Shown: in pieces, positions 25,155 through 35,102 of the stretch
Layout: each line of letters opens with the position of its first letter
Position numbering within the stretch: the stretch's first letter is position 1
From: Escherichia coli
GTDB taxonomy: Bacteria > Pseudomonadota > Gammaproteobacteria > Enterobacterales > Enterobacteriaceae
Assembly: GCF_003018255.1 (NCBI RefSeq)
Contig: NZ_CP027440.1
DNA: 64,000 nucleotides
Strand: one strand, 5' to 3'
The notes under the pieces: generated by a model
The model's input: only the letters and a program-made list of their open reading frames with translations
What the model was told of the DNA's origin: nothing
Database searches by the model: none
Translations under genes and position numbers: made by a program

Positions 25155-27212
25155 TCAGAGCTTCAAAGTTTGCTCAATGTCTGGTGTTTTGTGGCACTCT
25201 TCCTCCGTCGTCAAGATGATGATGTCATCATTGGATGAAAACATGTTCTGATCCAGATTACGTGTCCTGGCCGGACAGGGCGATGCGGTTCGATAAAGTT
25301 GGCTACCGATCCAGGTATAAACATAGCGATTGTCATAAGCGAAACGTTCGGTGGTTTTCAATGGTCCATCAATAGCAAAAATTTGAATATCATCGCGTAA
25401 ACGGGAAGAGCGCATAAAGTAACCATGGCCTTTCCCGGCGTTAATCCGTTGTTTCAGGAAAGGTGCAGAAGAGTCGAGCGTTATTATTTCCAGGGTGTCT
25501 TCACCAAAAGGAGACAATTTCGCAATGTACAGATGATTTTTGTACTGCGCGACACGATCGGTGATGGGATGAAATGCTTTCGGGTCAATATCGGGGAGTT
25601 TCTCCCATTGACTCCATTGCTGGTCTGTAGAGCGAAGCTTACGCCAGCTAACATCGGTTTCGCCGACGAGAAAAGAGCCTTCGCCATCAGAATATTGAGC
25701 AATGTTAACGGATGAGTTATAGGGGATTCCCGTTGGAATAAACGCACCATCCTCAAGAAGTCTGCCGTCAAGCTCACCACTACGGTAGTTTGCCCAATAG
25801 CCATATCCTGAATCTTTGGTTTTCCATTTCACCCGCACGGCTTTGGTATTGGGAGTTGGGTAGCGCCAAAGCTGTGAGCCATCGAATGCGTAAACATAAC
25901 GATCGTCGTGTGCATACCATTTCTTGTAATGGGGGCTATCGCTAAGGTGAGCCTCATGCTCGTCAGGAACACGATAATCCATCAGGATAAGCGGCCCGGA
26001 AGAATCGAATACCTGGAGGCCATCTTCTTCTTCACCATCAGCTGGTAATTTGGTCAATAAATAGCCGTGAGTTCTTCCCGCGTTAAAGCGTTTATCTATC
26101 ACCAAACCAGGATTATCCAGTGTGACGATATTTAGCCTATTTTCGCCAAATCCCGTTTTTTTGATGGTGTACAGCTTGTCCTGATACTGAGCAACGGTAT
26201 TACTAAGAGGATGAAATTGTTCTGGATCGAGGCCGGGTAGGACTTCTTGCTGGCATTCTGGCCCTTTGCGCCATGAAACAGAGTGTTCCTGCAAAGTGAA
26301 CGCCGCGCAGCTATTTGCCCTATCTTTGTCCAGATTTCCCTGATTCAGCACCTTCCGGTGCAGGCCGCTTTTATCTCGCCAGGTTAATAACGAACCGGGC
26401 ATCCAGCGTACGACAGTAAATGTCTCTGGGTCGGCTTTAAGCTGTTCGCCATTGATTATGATTTTGGTCCGTGTACGGGCTAACGTATCCCAGGGGCCAA
26501 ATGGTACGGCAACGCAGGGGTTAAACGTGGTGGAAAACTTTCCTCGCTGATCCCAGGACTTCTGCGCCAGCACACGGAAACTCTCGGGGTCAGCGAGGCG
26601 ATGTCCATCGACATATAAGAAATTAGCGTCACGTAATATCAGCCCCAGAAAGTCAGGTTTCCAGGGGGAACGGAATTTCACCTGATGCAGCGTTTTAATA
26701 TCTAGACTATTTTCTCCGCCATTGTCATCGGTGCGCGTGCCTTCAAAATAGAGACTGTGTTTATCTGCGGCAAAATCACCCCATGCCTTGAACGAGGCGA
26801 CATCGACGGGAGGTTTGTCTGGCGGGTTTTGCACAACTTCACCCGCGTAGAGGATATAGCGACCATCGCTATGCCAGGAGTAATGAGGATACCAGGCCTG
26901 TGCGCCTTCATAGAGGTAGTCGGTTGTCAGATCAGTCAGAGGAGGTACTTTATCCCATTTGTCTAGTGTTGTCGGGTCTATTAATAAATTGGGTAAACGG
27001 CGCAAACTTTTGTAATTCACGTCAGGAAGAGAAAGATTTGTTTCTTTATAAGGGCGCAGGTATACCACGCCTTTTCCCTGTTTCTGGTAAATATTATGTT
27101 CAGGCGCGGAAAGCCGACATCCCCATGCCGACGATAAAAACAACGAACAAGACAACAAACAAACCACATTGCGAAAGTGCATAAAGCCATCCTGGCGCGA
27201 GGTGTTGATCAC
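25155..27212 (-). CDS. secreted DKNYY-repeat protein (accessory)
   Basis: 685 aa; ORF track start at 27212 is GTG, a more likely ATG with SD lies at 27182 (MHFRNVVCLLSCSLFLSSAWGC signal peptide); repeated motifs DxxYVY/DKxYY (DGRYILYAGE, DKHSLYFEG, DANFLYVDG, DDRYVYAFDG, YKNHLYIAK, YDNRYVYTWIG) characteristic of the DKNYY family; not part of the K-12 cyaY-yifL interval as I recall it. Confidence 0.6.
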   Translation of the reverse strand: MINTSRQDGFMHFRNVVCLLSCSLFLSSAWGCRLSAPEHNIYQKQGKGVVYLRPYKETNLSLPDVNYKSLRRLPNLLIDPTTLDKWDKVPPLTDLTTDYLYEGAQAWYPHYSWHSDGRYILYAGEVVQNPPDKPPVDVASFKAWGDFAADKHSLYFEGTRTDDNGGENSLDIKTLHQVKFRSPWKPDFLGLILRDANFLYVDGHRLADPESFRVLAQKSWDQRGKFSTTFNPCVAVPFGPWDTLARTRTKIIINGEQLKADPETFTVVRWMPGSLLTWRDKSGLHRKVLNQGNLDKDRANSCAAFTLQEHSVSWRKGPECQQEVLPGLDPEQFHPLSNTVAQYQDKLYTIKKTGFGENRLNIVTLDNPGLVIDKRFNAGRTHGYLLTKLPADGEEEDGLQVFDSSGPLILMDYRVPDEHEAHLSDSPHYKKWYAHDDRYVYAFDGSQLWRYPTPNTKAVRVKWKTKDSGYGYWANYRSGELDGRLLEDGAFIPTGIPYNSSVNIAQYSDGEGSFLVGETDVSWRKLRSTDQQWSQWEKLPDIDPKAFHPITDRVAQYKNHLYIAKLSPFGEDTLEIITLDSSAPFLKQRINAGKGHGYFMRSSRLRDDIQIFAIDGPLKTTERFAYDNRYVYTWIGSQLYRTASPCPARTRNLDQNMFSSNDDIIILTTEEECHKTPDIEQTLKL

Positions 27213-27291
27213 GAAACTGCTAGCAGAACATAAATCCTCACAAGTAAGCGTAACTCTCGCAGCAAATCGTCACTTTTCAGAATCCATAAAG
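27122..27291. repeat. direct repeat copy 1 (5' end and upstream region of DKNYY gene)
   Basis: About 170 bp that recur at 28208-28370 with high similarity (e.g. GAACAAGACAACAAACAAACCACATTGCGA...GCATAAAGCCATCCTGGCGCGAGGTG...CACGAAACT...ACTTTTCAGA). Confidence 0.85.
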
Positions 27292-27553
27292 GTCATCGCT
27301 ATTTTCTGATAGTTGCTGGAATAAACGTGATATTTTCATTCACGATATAAACACAATCCCGGAACTGCCCCATAGTACGGCTAATAGCATAAAAATATTC
27401 CGGATTGACCCCTGGAAGGGAGGCAATGTGGGATTCCGCCCCCCGTTGCCTTCTTTATTGTCTTTCACGAGTTGTACCCAGGTTCCACCACGGGTATCTA
27501 ACATTCGCCACATTATTACGCTTTCTGCCGAACGTGATTTTTATAGAAATCTA

Positions 27554-28108
27554 TCAATTCATTTTCCCTGTACCATAAAGTTTATCCTTCACATCCTGCC
27601 GAACGCGGGTCTTGTACCCCCCGTTGTGAAGATCTTCATACGGAGAAAAAGAATCTTTACTCCACCCCAGCAACACTTTATCGCCAGGCATAAAATGCAC
27701 GTGCAGGTAATTTTCTCCCCATTCTCTTTTTGGGAGAGGTAACGTCATATTGCGTTTCTCCAGACGCATTCCAGCATTATACTGTGTACGAGTAGTACTT
27801 AATGTCCATATAACCTCTGCCGTATCCCCACTGACATCACCGCAACAGGTGATTGAACCGCCACCATTCGCAAAAGCATTCGCGCCCGCCACGCCGTTAA
27901 CACTGAATCCCAGTATCGGACGGTCAATTTCACTGTGGATTTCCAGTATCACTCCACCTCTTGGTCCTCCCCATACTGCCTGTCCTATATTCCACAACAC
28001 GACCAGTACTGGAACGACAATTAACGTCCGCCATACCCAGCGCCCCCAGCGGGCATAACCGCGCGTAAGCTTTTGGTCAAATTTTTCCAGTTGGGTAAAT
28101 AGCCCCAT
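27554..28108 (-). CDS. DUF3304-like membrane-anchored protein (accessory)
   Basis: 184 aa; N-terminal TM helix (WRTLIVVPVLVVLWNIGQAVWG); Gly-rich core (GFSVNGVAGANAFANGGGSITCCGDVSG) resembling DUF3304 proteins; family assignment from memory. Confidence 0.5.
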   Translation of the reverse strand: MGLFTQLEKFDQKLTRGYARWGRWVWRTLIVVPVLVVLWNIGQAVWGGPRGGVILEIHSEIDRPILGFSVNGVAGANAFANGGGSITCCGDVSGDTAEVIWTLSTTRTQYNAGMRLEKRNMTLPLPKREWGENYLHVHFMPGDKVLLGWSKDSFSPYEDLHNGGYKTRVRQDVKDKLYGTGKMN

Positions 28109-28207
28109 CGATTTTATTCCCTCTTCTCACCTGGTTGGCAAAGTTGCACGTCACTGGCGACTAAGGTCAGACAACGAAATTTCGTGGTACGCCACTCTCT
28201 TAAAAGT

Positions 28208-28370
28208 CCCATGCAGGCGATAAGAACAAGACAACAAACAAACCACATTGCGATAGTGCATAAAGCCATCCTGGCGCGAGGTGCCGATCACGAAACTACC
28301 AGCAAAACATAAATCGCCACGTGTAAGCGTTATACTCGCAGCATTTCCTCACTTTTCAGACTTCATAAAG
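28208..28370. repeat. direct repeat copy 2 with frameshifted signal-peptide remnant
   Basis: Second copy of the 27122-27291 repeat; contains a 20-codon remnant ORF on the minus strand (MHYRNVVCLLSCSYRLHGTF-stop) created by a 7-bp deletion relative to copy 1. Confidence 0.8.
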
Positions 28371-28449
28371 AGTCGCTAAACGCTTGCTTTTACGCCTTCT
28401 CCTGCGATGATAGAAAGCAGAAAGCGATGAACTTTACAGGCAATCCATA

Positions 28450-28653
28450 ATGAAAAACGTGTTTAAGGCACTCACTGTATTACTTACTCTCTTCAGCCTG
28501 ACGGGCTGCGGTCTGAAAGGTCCGCTCTATTTCCCGCCTGCAGATAAAAACGCACCGCCGCCGACCAAACCGGTAGAGATGCAAACGCAATCCACGGTGC
28601 CGGATAAAAACGACCGCGCCACTGGCGATGGTCCATCCCAGGTGAATTACTAA
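28450..28653 (+). CDS. yifL: small lipoprotein YifL
   Basis: 67 aa; lipobox LTGC in the signal peptide (MKNVFKALTVLLTLFSLTGCG); immediately upstream of dapF. Confidence 0.85.
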   Translation: MKNVFKALTVLLTLFSLTGCGLKGPLYFPPADKNAPPPTKPVEMQTQSTVPDKNDRATGDGPSQVNY

Positions 28654-28689
28654 AAGTCAGTTTCTGTACCCGCGTGATTGGAGTAAATG

Positions 28690-29514
28690 ATGCAGTTCTC
28701 GAAAATGCATGGCCTTGGCAACGATTTTATGGTCGTCGACGCGGTAACGCAGAATGTCTTTTTTTCACCGGAGCTGATTCGTCGCCTGGCGGATCGGCAC
28801 CTGGGGGTAGGGTTTGACCAGCTGCTGGTGGTTGAGCCGCCGTATGATCCTGAACTGGATTTTCACTATCGCATTTTCAATGCTGATGGCAGTGAAGTGG
28901 CGCAGTGCGGCAACGGTGCGCGCTGCTTTGCCCGTTTTGTGCGCCTGAAAGGGCTGACTAATAAGCGCGATATCCGCGTCAGCACCGCCAACGGGCGGAT
29001 GGTTCTGACCGTCACCGATGATGATCTGGTCCGCGTAAATATGGGCGAACCCAACTTCGAACCTTCCGCCGTGCCGTTTCGCGCTAACAAAGCGGAAAAG
29101 ACCTATATTATGCGCGCCGCCGAGCAGACAATCTTATGCGGCGTGGTGTCGATGGGAAATCCGCATTGCGTGATTCAGGTCGATGATGTCGATACCGCGG
29201 CGGTAGAAACGCTTGGTCCTGTTCTGGAAAGCCACGAACGTTTCCCGGAGCGCGCCAATATCGGTTTTATGCAAGTGGTTAAGCGCGAGCATATTCGTTT
29301 ACGCGTTTATGAGCGTGGGGCAGGAGAAACCCAGGCCTGCGGCAGCGGCGCGTGTGCGGCGGTTGCAGTAGGGATTCAGCAAGGTTTGCTGGCCGAAGAA
29401 GTACGCGTGGAACTCCCCGGCGGTCGTCTTGATATCGCCTGGAAAGGTCCGGGTCACCCGTTATATATGACTGGCCCGGCGGTACATGTCTACGACGGAT
29501 TTATTCATCTATGA
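28690..29514 (+). CDS. dapF: diaminopimelate epimerase
   Basis: 274 aa from ATG 28690 ([17 protein letters not shown]); catalytic Cys motifs (GNGARC, ACGSGA). Confidence 0.9.
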
Positions 29515-30218
29515 AGCAACCAGGGGAAGAACTGCAGGAAACACTCACGGAGCTTGATGACCGGGCGGTTGTCGATTATCTGATTAAAAATCCTGAGTTT
29601 TTTATCCGCAATGCGCGCGCAGTAGAAGCGATACGTGTGCCGCATCCGGTACGCGGCACCGTTTCGTTGGTCGAGTGGCACATGGCCCGCGCACGTAATC
29701 ACATTCATGTTCTGGAAGAGAACATGGCGTTGTTGATGGAGCAGGCTATCGCCAACGAAGGCCTGTTTTATCGCTTACTCTACTTGCAGCGTAGTCTCAC
29801 CGCCGCCAGCAGTCTCGACGATATGCTGATGCGCTTTCACCGCTGGGCGCGCGATCTCGGCCTGGCGGGTGCGAGCCTGCGCCTGTTCCCGGATTGCTGG
29901 CGTTTAGGTGCGCCGTCGAACCACACTCATCTGGCATTAAGCCGTCAGTCTTTCGAACCGCTGCGTATTCAGCGTTTGGGGCAGGAACAGCACTATCTTG
30001 GGCCGCTTAACGGACCGGAGCTGCTGGTGGTGCTACCGGAAGCGAAAGCGGTGGGATCGGTGGCGATGTCGATGCTGGGAAGCGATGCTGATTTGGGTGT
30101 CGTGCTGTTTACCAGTCGCGATGCCAGTCACTATCAACAAGGGCAGGGAACGCAGTTACTTCATGAAATTGCGCTGATGTTGCCGGAGCTTCTGGAGCGT
30201 TGGATTGAACGCGTATGA
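29511..30218 (+). CDS. yigA: DUF484 protein YigA
   Basis: 235 aa; start overlaps dapF stop; conserved dapF-yigA-xerC-yigB operon order. Confidence 0.8.
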
Positions 30219-31111
30219 CCGATTTACACACCGATGTAGAACGCTACCTACGTTATCTGAGCGTGGAGCGTCAGCTTAGCCCGATAACCCTACTTAACTA
30301 TCAGCGTCAGCTTGAGGCGATCATCAATTTTGCCAGTGAAAACGGCCTGCAAAGCTGGCAGCAATGTGATGTGACGATGGTGCGCAATTTCGCTGTACGC
30401 AGCCGCCGTAAAGGGCTGGGAGCTGCAAGTCTGGCGTTACGGCTTTCTGCGCTACGTAGCTTTTTTGACTGGCTGGTCAGCCAGAACGAACTCAAAGCCA
30501 ACCCGGCGAAAGGTGTTTCGGCACCGAAAGCGCCGCGTCATCTGCCGAAAAACATCGACGTCGATGATATGAATCGGCTGCTGGATATTGATATCAACGA
30601 TCCCCTCGCCGTGCGCGATCGGGCAATGCTGGAAGTGATGTACGGCGCGGGTCTGCGTCTTTCCGAACTGGTGGGGCTCGATATCAAACACCTCGACCTG
30701 GAGTCCGGCGAAGTGTGGGTGATGGGAAAAGGCAGCAAAGAGCGCCGCCTGCCGATTGGTCGCAACGCTGTGGCGTGGATTGAGCACTGGCTTGATTTGC
30801 GCGACCTGTTTGGTAGCGAAGACGACGCGCTTTTTCTGTCGAAACTGGGCAAGCGTATCTCCGCGCGTAATGTGCAGAAACGCTTTGCCGAATGGGGCAT
30901 CAAACAAGGGCTGAATAATCACGTTCACCCGCATAAATTACGTCACTCGTTCGCTACGCATATGCTGGAGTCGAGCGGCGATCTTCGTGGTGTGCAGGAG
31001 CTGCTGGGTCATGCCAACCTCTCCACCACGCAAATCTATACTCATCTTGATTTTCAACACCTTGCCTCGGTGTACGATGCGGCGCATCCACGCGCCAAAC
31101 GGGGGAAATAA
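30215..31111 (+). CDS. xerC: tyrosine recombinase XerC
   Basis: 298 aa; C-terminal catalytic signature [15 protein letters not shown]...[15 protein letters not shown] (R-H-R-Y tyrosine recombinase). Confidence 0.9.
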
Positions 31112-31827
31112 TGCGTTTTTACCGGCCTTTGGGGCGCATCTCGGCGCTCACCTTTGACCTGGATGATACCCTTTACGATAACCGTCCGGTGATTTTGCGC
31201 ACCGAGCGAGAGGCGCTTACCTTTGTGCAAAATTATCATCCGGCGCTGCGCAGCTTCCAGAATGAAGATCTGCAACGCCTGCGCCAGGCGGTACGGGAAG
31301 CGGAACCCGAGATTTATCACGACGTGACGCGCTGGCGTTTTCGTTCGATTGAACAAGCCATGCTCGACGCCGGGCTGAGTGCCGAAGAAGCCAGTGCAGG
31401 CGCACACGCAGCAATGATCAACTTTGCCAAATGGCGCAGCCGAATCGATGTCCCGCAGCAAACCCACGACACCTTAAAACAGCTGGCGAAGAAATGGCCG
31501 CTGGTGGCGATCACCAACGGTAACGCCCAGCCGGAGCTGTTTGGTTTAGGGGATTATTTTGAGTTTGTGTTGCGCGCTGGCCCGCACGGGCGCTCAAAAC
31601 CGTTCAGCGATATGTACTTCCTGGCGGCGGAAAAACTCAACGTGCCGATCGGCGAGATCTTACATGTTGGGGACGATCTCACCACTGACGTGGGTGGGGC
31701 AATTCGCAGCGGAATGCAGGCCTGTTGGATCAGACCGGAAAATGGCGATCTGATGCAAACCTGGGACAGCCGTTTACTGCCGCATCTGGAAATTTCCCGG
31801 TTGGCATCTCTGACCTCGCTGATATAA
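31111..31827 (+). CDS. yigB: HAD-family phosphatase YigB
   Basis: 238 aa; HAD motif [10 protein letters not shown] near N-terminus; operon position after xerC. Confidence 0.85.
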
Positions 31828-31836
31828 TCAGCAAAT

Positions 31837-31852
31837 CTGTATATATACCCAG
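31837..31852 (+). promoter_or_regulatory. LexA (SOS) box of uvrD
   Basis: CTGTATATATACCCAG fits the CTGT-N8-ACAG consensus and lies about 60 bp upstream of the uvrD ATG. Confidence 0.8.
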
Positions 31853-31910
31853 CTTTTTGGCGGAGGGCGTTGCGCTTCTCCGCCCAACCTATTTTTACGC
31901 GGCGGTGCCA

Positions 31911-34073
31911 ATGGACGTTTCTTACCTGCTCGACAGCCTTAATGACAAACAGCGCGAAGCGGTGGCCGCGCCACGCAGCAACCTTCTGGTGCTGGCGGGC
32001 GCGGGCAGTGGTAAGACGCGCGTACTGGTGCATCGTATCGCCTGGCTGATGAGCGTGGAAAACTGCTCGCCATACTCGATTATGGCGGTGACGTTTACCA
32101 ACAAAGCGGCGGCGGAGATGCGTCATCGTATCGGGCAACTGATGGGCACCAGCCAGGGCGGCATGTGGGTCGGCACCTTCCACGGGCTGGCGCACCGTCT
32201 GCTGCGTGCGCACCATATGGACGCCAATCTGCCGCAGGATTTTCAGATCCTCGACAGCGAGGACCAGCTACGCCTGCTCAAACGCCTAATCAAGGCGATG
32301 AACCTCGACGAGAAGCAGTGGCCGCCGCGCCAGGCAATGTGGTACATCAACAGCCAGAAAGATGAAGGCCTGCGTCCACATCATATTCAAAGCTACGGTA
32401 ATCCGGTGGAGCAGACCTGGCAGAAGGTGTATCAGGCGTATCAGGAAGCGTGTGACCGCGCGGGCCTGGTGGACTTCGCCGAGCTGCTGCTACGTGCTCA
32501 CGAGTTGTGGCTTAACAAGCCGCATATCCTTCAGCACTATCGCGAACGGTTTACCAATATCCTGGTGGATGAATTCCAGGATACCAACAACATTCAGTAT
32601 GCGTGGATCCGCCTGCTGGCGGGCGATACCGGCAAAGTGATGATCGTTGGCGATGACGACCAGTCAATCTACGGCTGGCGTGGGGCGCAGGTCGAGAATA
32701 TTCAGCGTTTCCTCAATGATTTCCCCGGTGCTGAAACTATCCGTCTGGAGCAGAACTACCGCTCTACCAGCAATATTCTGAGCGCCGCTAACGCCCTGAT
32801 TGAAAACAATAACGGGCGTCTGGGTAAAAAACTGTGGACCGATGGCGCGGACGGTGAGCCTATTTCCCTCTATTGCGCTTTTAACGAACTCGACGAAGCG
32901 CGTTTTGTGGTTAACCGTATCAAGACCTGGCAGGACAATGGCGGGGCGCTTGCCGAGTGCGCCATTCTCTACCGCAGCAACGCCCAGTCGCGTGTACTGG
33001 AAGAAGCACTGTTGCAGGCGAGTATGCCGTACCGTATTTACGGCGGGATGCGCTTCTTCGAACGCCAGGAAATCAAAGATGCGCTCTCGTATCTGCGCCT
33101 GATTGCCAACCGTAATGACGACGCGGCGTTTGAGCGCGTGGTGAATACACCAACGCGGGGTATTGGTGACCGGACGCTGGACGTGGTACGTCAGACATCG
33201 CGCGATCGCCAGTTAACACTCTGGCAGGCATGTCGTGAACTGTTGCAGGAAAAAGCCCTCGCCGGACGTGCTGCCAGTGCCTTACAGCGGTTTATGGAAC
33301 TGATCGACGCCTTAGCGCAGGAAACTGCCGATATGCCGCTGCATGTACAGACTGACCGGGTAATTAAAGACTCCGGCCTGCGCACAATGTACGAGCAGGA
33401 GAAAGGCGAAAAAGGCCAGACGCGTATCGAAAACTTAGAGGAACTGGTAACGGCGACGCGCCAGTTCAGCTACAACGAAGAAGACGAAGATTTAATGCCG
33501 CTGCAGGCGTTCCTCTCCCATGCGGCACTGGAAGCGGGCGAGGGGCAGGCGGATACCTGGCAGGATGCGGTGCAGTTGATGACGCTACACTCGGCGAAAG
33601 GTCTGGAATTCCCGCAGGTGTTTATCGTTGGTATGGAAGAGGGCATGTTCCCAAGCCAGATGTCGCTGGATGAAGGCGGGCGTCTGGAAGAAGAACGCCG
33701 TCTGGCCTACGTTGGCGTAACCCGCGCGATGCAGAAACTGACGCTGACCTACGCGGAAACCCGCCGTCTATATGGCAAAGAGGTTTACCATCGCCCGTCG
33801 CGCTTTATCGGTGAGTTGCCGGAAGAGTGTGTGGAAGAGGTGCGCCTGCGCGCCACGGTAAGCCGCCCGGTCAGCCATCAACGGATGGGGACGCCGATGG
33901 TCGAGAACGACAGCGGCTACAAGCTCGGCCAGCGCGTACGCCACGCTAAGTTTGGTGAAGGCACCATCGTCAATATGGAAGGCAGCGGTGAGCATAGCCG
34001 TTTGCAGGTGGCGTTCCAGGGCCAGGGTATTAAATGGCTGGTGGCGGCTTACGCCCGGTTGGAGACGGTGTGA
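31911..34073 (+). CDS. uvrD: DNA helicase II
   Basis: ORF track extends to 31725, but ATG at 31911 (MDVSYLLDSLNDKQREAV) gives the expected 720 aa; Walker A GAGSGKTRV; UvrD/Rep helicase motifs. Confidence 0.9.
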   Translation: MDVSYLLDSLNDKQREAVAAPRSNLLVLAGAGSGKTRVLVHRIAWLMSVENCSPYSIMAVTFTNKAAAEMRHRIGQLMGTSQGGMWVGTFHGLAHRLLRAHHMDANLPQDFQILDSEDQLRLLKRLIKAMNLDEKQWPPRQAMWYINSQKDEGLRPHHIQSYGNPVEQTWQKVYQAYQEACDRAGLVDFAELLLRAHELWLNKPHILQHYRERFTNILVDEFQDTNNIQYAWIRLLAGDTGKVMIVGDDDQSIYGWRGAQVENIQRFLNDFPGAETIRLEQNYRSTSNILSAANALIENNNGRLGKKLWTDGADGEPISLYCAFNELDEARFVVNRIKTWQDNGGALAECAILYRSNAQSRVLEEALLQASMPYRIYGGMRFFERQEIKDALSYLRLIANRNDDAAFERVVNTPTRGIGDRTLDVVRQTSRDRQLTLWQACRELLQEKALAGRAASALQRFMELIDALAQETADMPLHVQTDRVIKDSGLRTMYEQEKGEKGQTRIENLEELVTATRQFSYNEEDEDLMPLQAFLSHAALEAGEGQADTWQDAVQLMTLHSAKGLEFPQVFIVGMEEGMFPSQMSLDEGGRLEEERRLAYVGVTRAMQKLTLTYAETRRLYGKEVYHRPSRFIGELPEECVEEVRLRATVSRPVSHQRMGTPMVENDSGYKLGQRVRHAKFGEGTIVNMEGSGEHSRLQVAFQGQGIKWLVAAYARLETV

Positions 34074-34117
34074 CGTTGCGGGATGCGGTGCGCCACACCG
34101 CATTCCGCATCAGCACC

Positions 34118-35020
34118 TTACTTAGCGCACTTCTTCACATCAATATTCCAGTCAGCACCAGACGCAACCTGATGTTTCTGCGCAAAATTATCCATATTCA
34201 GCGCCACGGAAACATTCAATAAGCTGTTCAGATACACCATCGGCTGGCCTTCCGGCACATCGCCGAAGCTTGCGACATACGGCATTTTCCCTGCGTATTT
34301 TTGCTGGGAACCTTCGGAAATGGTCACACACAACGTGTCGTTGAGTTTGATTCCTGCCTGTTTCAGCAACTCGTCGCTGATATTGCTCCAGACGTTGCCG
34401 TACTGAATATCGAGAATCGGGATATTGCCCTTCACTTCACCTTTTGTTGCTTTTGCTTTCTGATAAGAAAGTTCGACAACTTTTGCAGGAAGCTCTGGCC
34501 CCACCTGTTCGAACGTAATCGCTCCGGAAGCCAGACGCGCACCAGTGTAGGCATATACATCGCGACCATGGAAGGTATATGACTTTTCAGAACCTTTCAG
34601 GCGGTTAGCTTTTTCGTCGATTTCCCGGACGCTATCAATACCCAGAGTTTGTGCCACCAAAGTGAGCGTACCGTTATCTGGTGAAACGAAGTATTGACCG
34701 TTTTTGGTTTTCAGCACTACCGATTTACGGTCAGTGCCTACGCCCGGATCGACCACGCTAACAAACACCGAACCTTGCGGCCAGTAACTGGCAGTCTGAT
34801 ACAGGCGATAAGCGCCTTCCCAGATGTTATACGGTGGAATTTCGTGTGTTAAATCAAAGATTTTAAGATTATGGTCAACGCCGAATGCGACCCCTTTCAT
34901 CGCCGAGACGGCACCATCTTTCAGGCTAAAATCCGTTTGTAAAATCAAAGCGTTATCCGCATAAGCGGATGATGACCCCAGACAGGTTAATAAAAATAAT
35001 GTTGCGAGCGTTTTTTTCAT
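34118..35020 (-). CDS. secreted SAM hydroxide adenosyltransferase-like protein (DUF62 family, accessory)
   Basis: 300 aa; signal peptide MKKTLATLFLLTCLGSSSAYA; N-terminal LQTDFSLKDGAVSAMKGV and C-terminal ILDIQYGNVWSNI motifs resembling the DUF62 fold (fluorinase/chlorinase-related); I do not recall a gene between uvrD and yigE in K-12. Confidence 0.55.
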   Translation of the reverse strand: MKKTLATLFLLTCLGSSSAYADNALILQTDFSLKDGAVSAMKGVAFGVDHNLKIFDLTHEIPPYNIWEGAYRLYQTASYWPQGSVFVSVVDPGVGTDRKSVVLKTKNGQYFVSPDNGTLTLVAQTLGIDSVREIDEKANRLKGSEKSYTFHGRDVYAYTGARLASGAITFEQVGPELPAKVVELSYQKAKATKGEVKGNIPILDIQYGNVWSNISDELLKQAGIKLNDTLCVTISEGSQQKYAGKMPYVASFGDVPEGQPMVYLNSLLNVSVALNMDNFAQKHQVASGADWNIDVKKCAK

Positions 35021-35102
35021 TTTTGTTTCCCTTCATTTATCTGATGATTTTCCAGCTGTGTAGCCAGCCCCAGTTTGTCTGGCCTCCTCGAGTGTACAAT
35101 GT

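Noticed and set aside
27428-27742. 104 aa plus-strand ORF
   Set aside because: Overlaps the 3' end of the DUF3304-like gene on the opposite strand; no support.
31725-31910. N-terminal 62-codon extension of the uvrD ORF (782 aa version)
   Set aside because: Extension overlaps the 3' end of yigB and runs through the LexA box and promoter; canonical ATG at 31911 gives the expected 720 aa protein.
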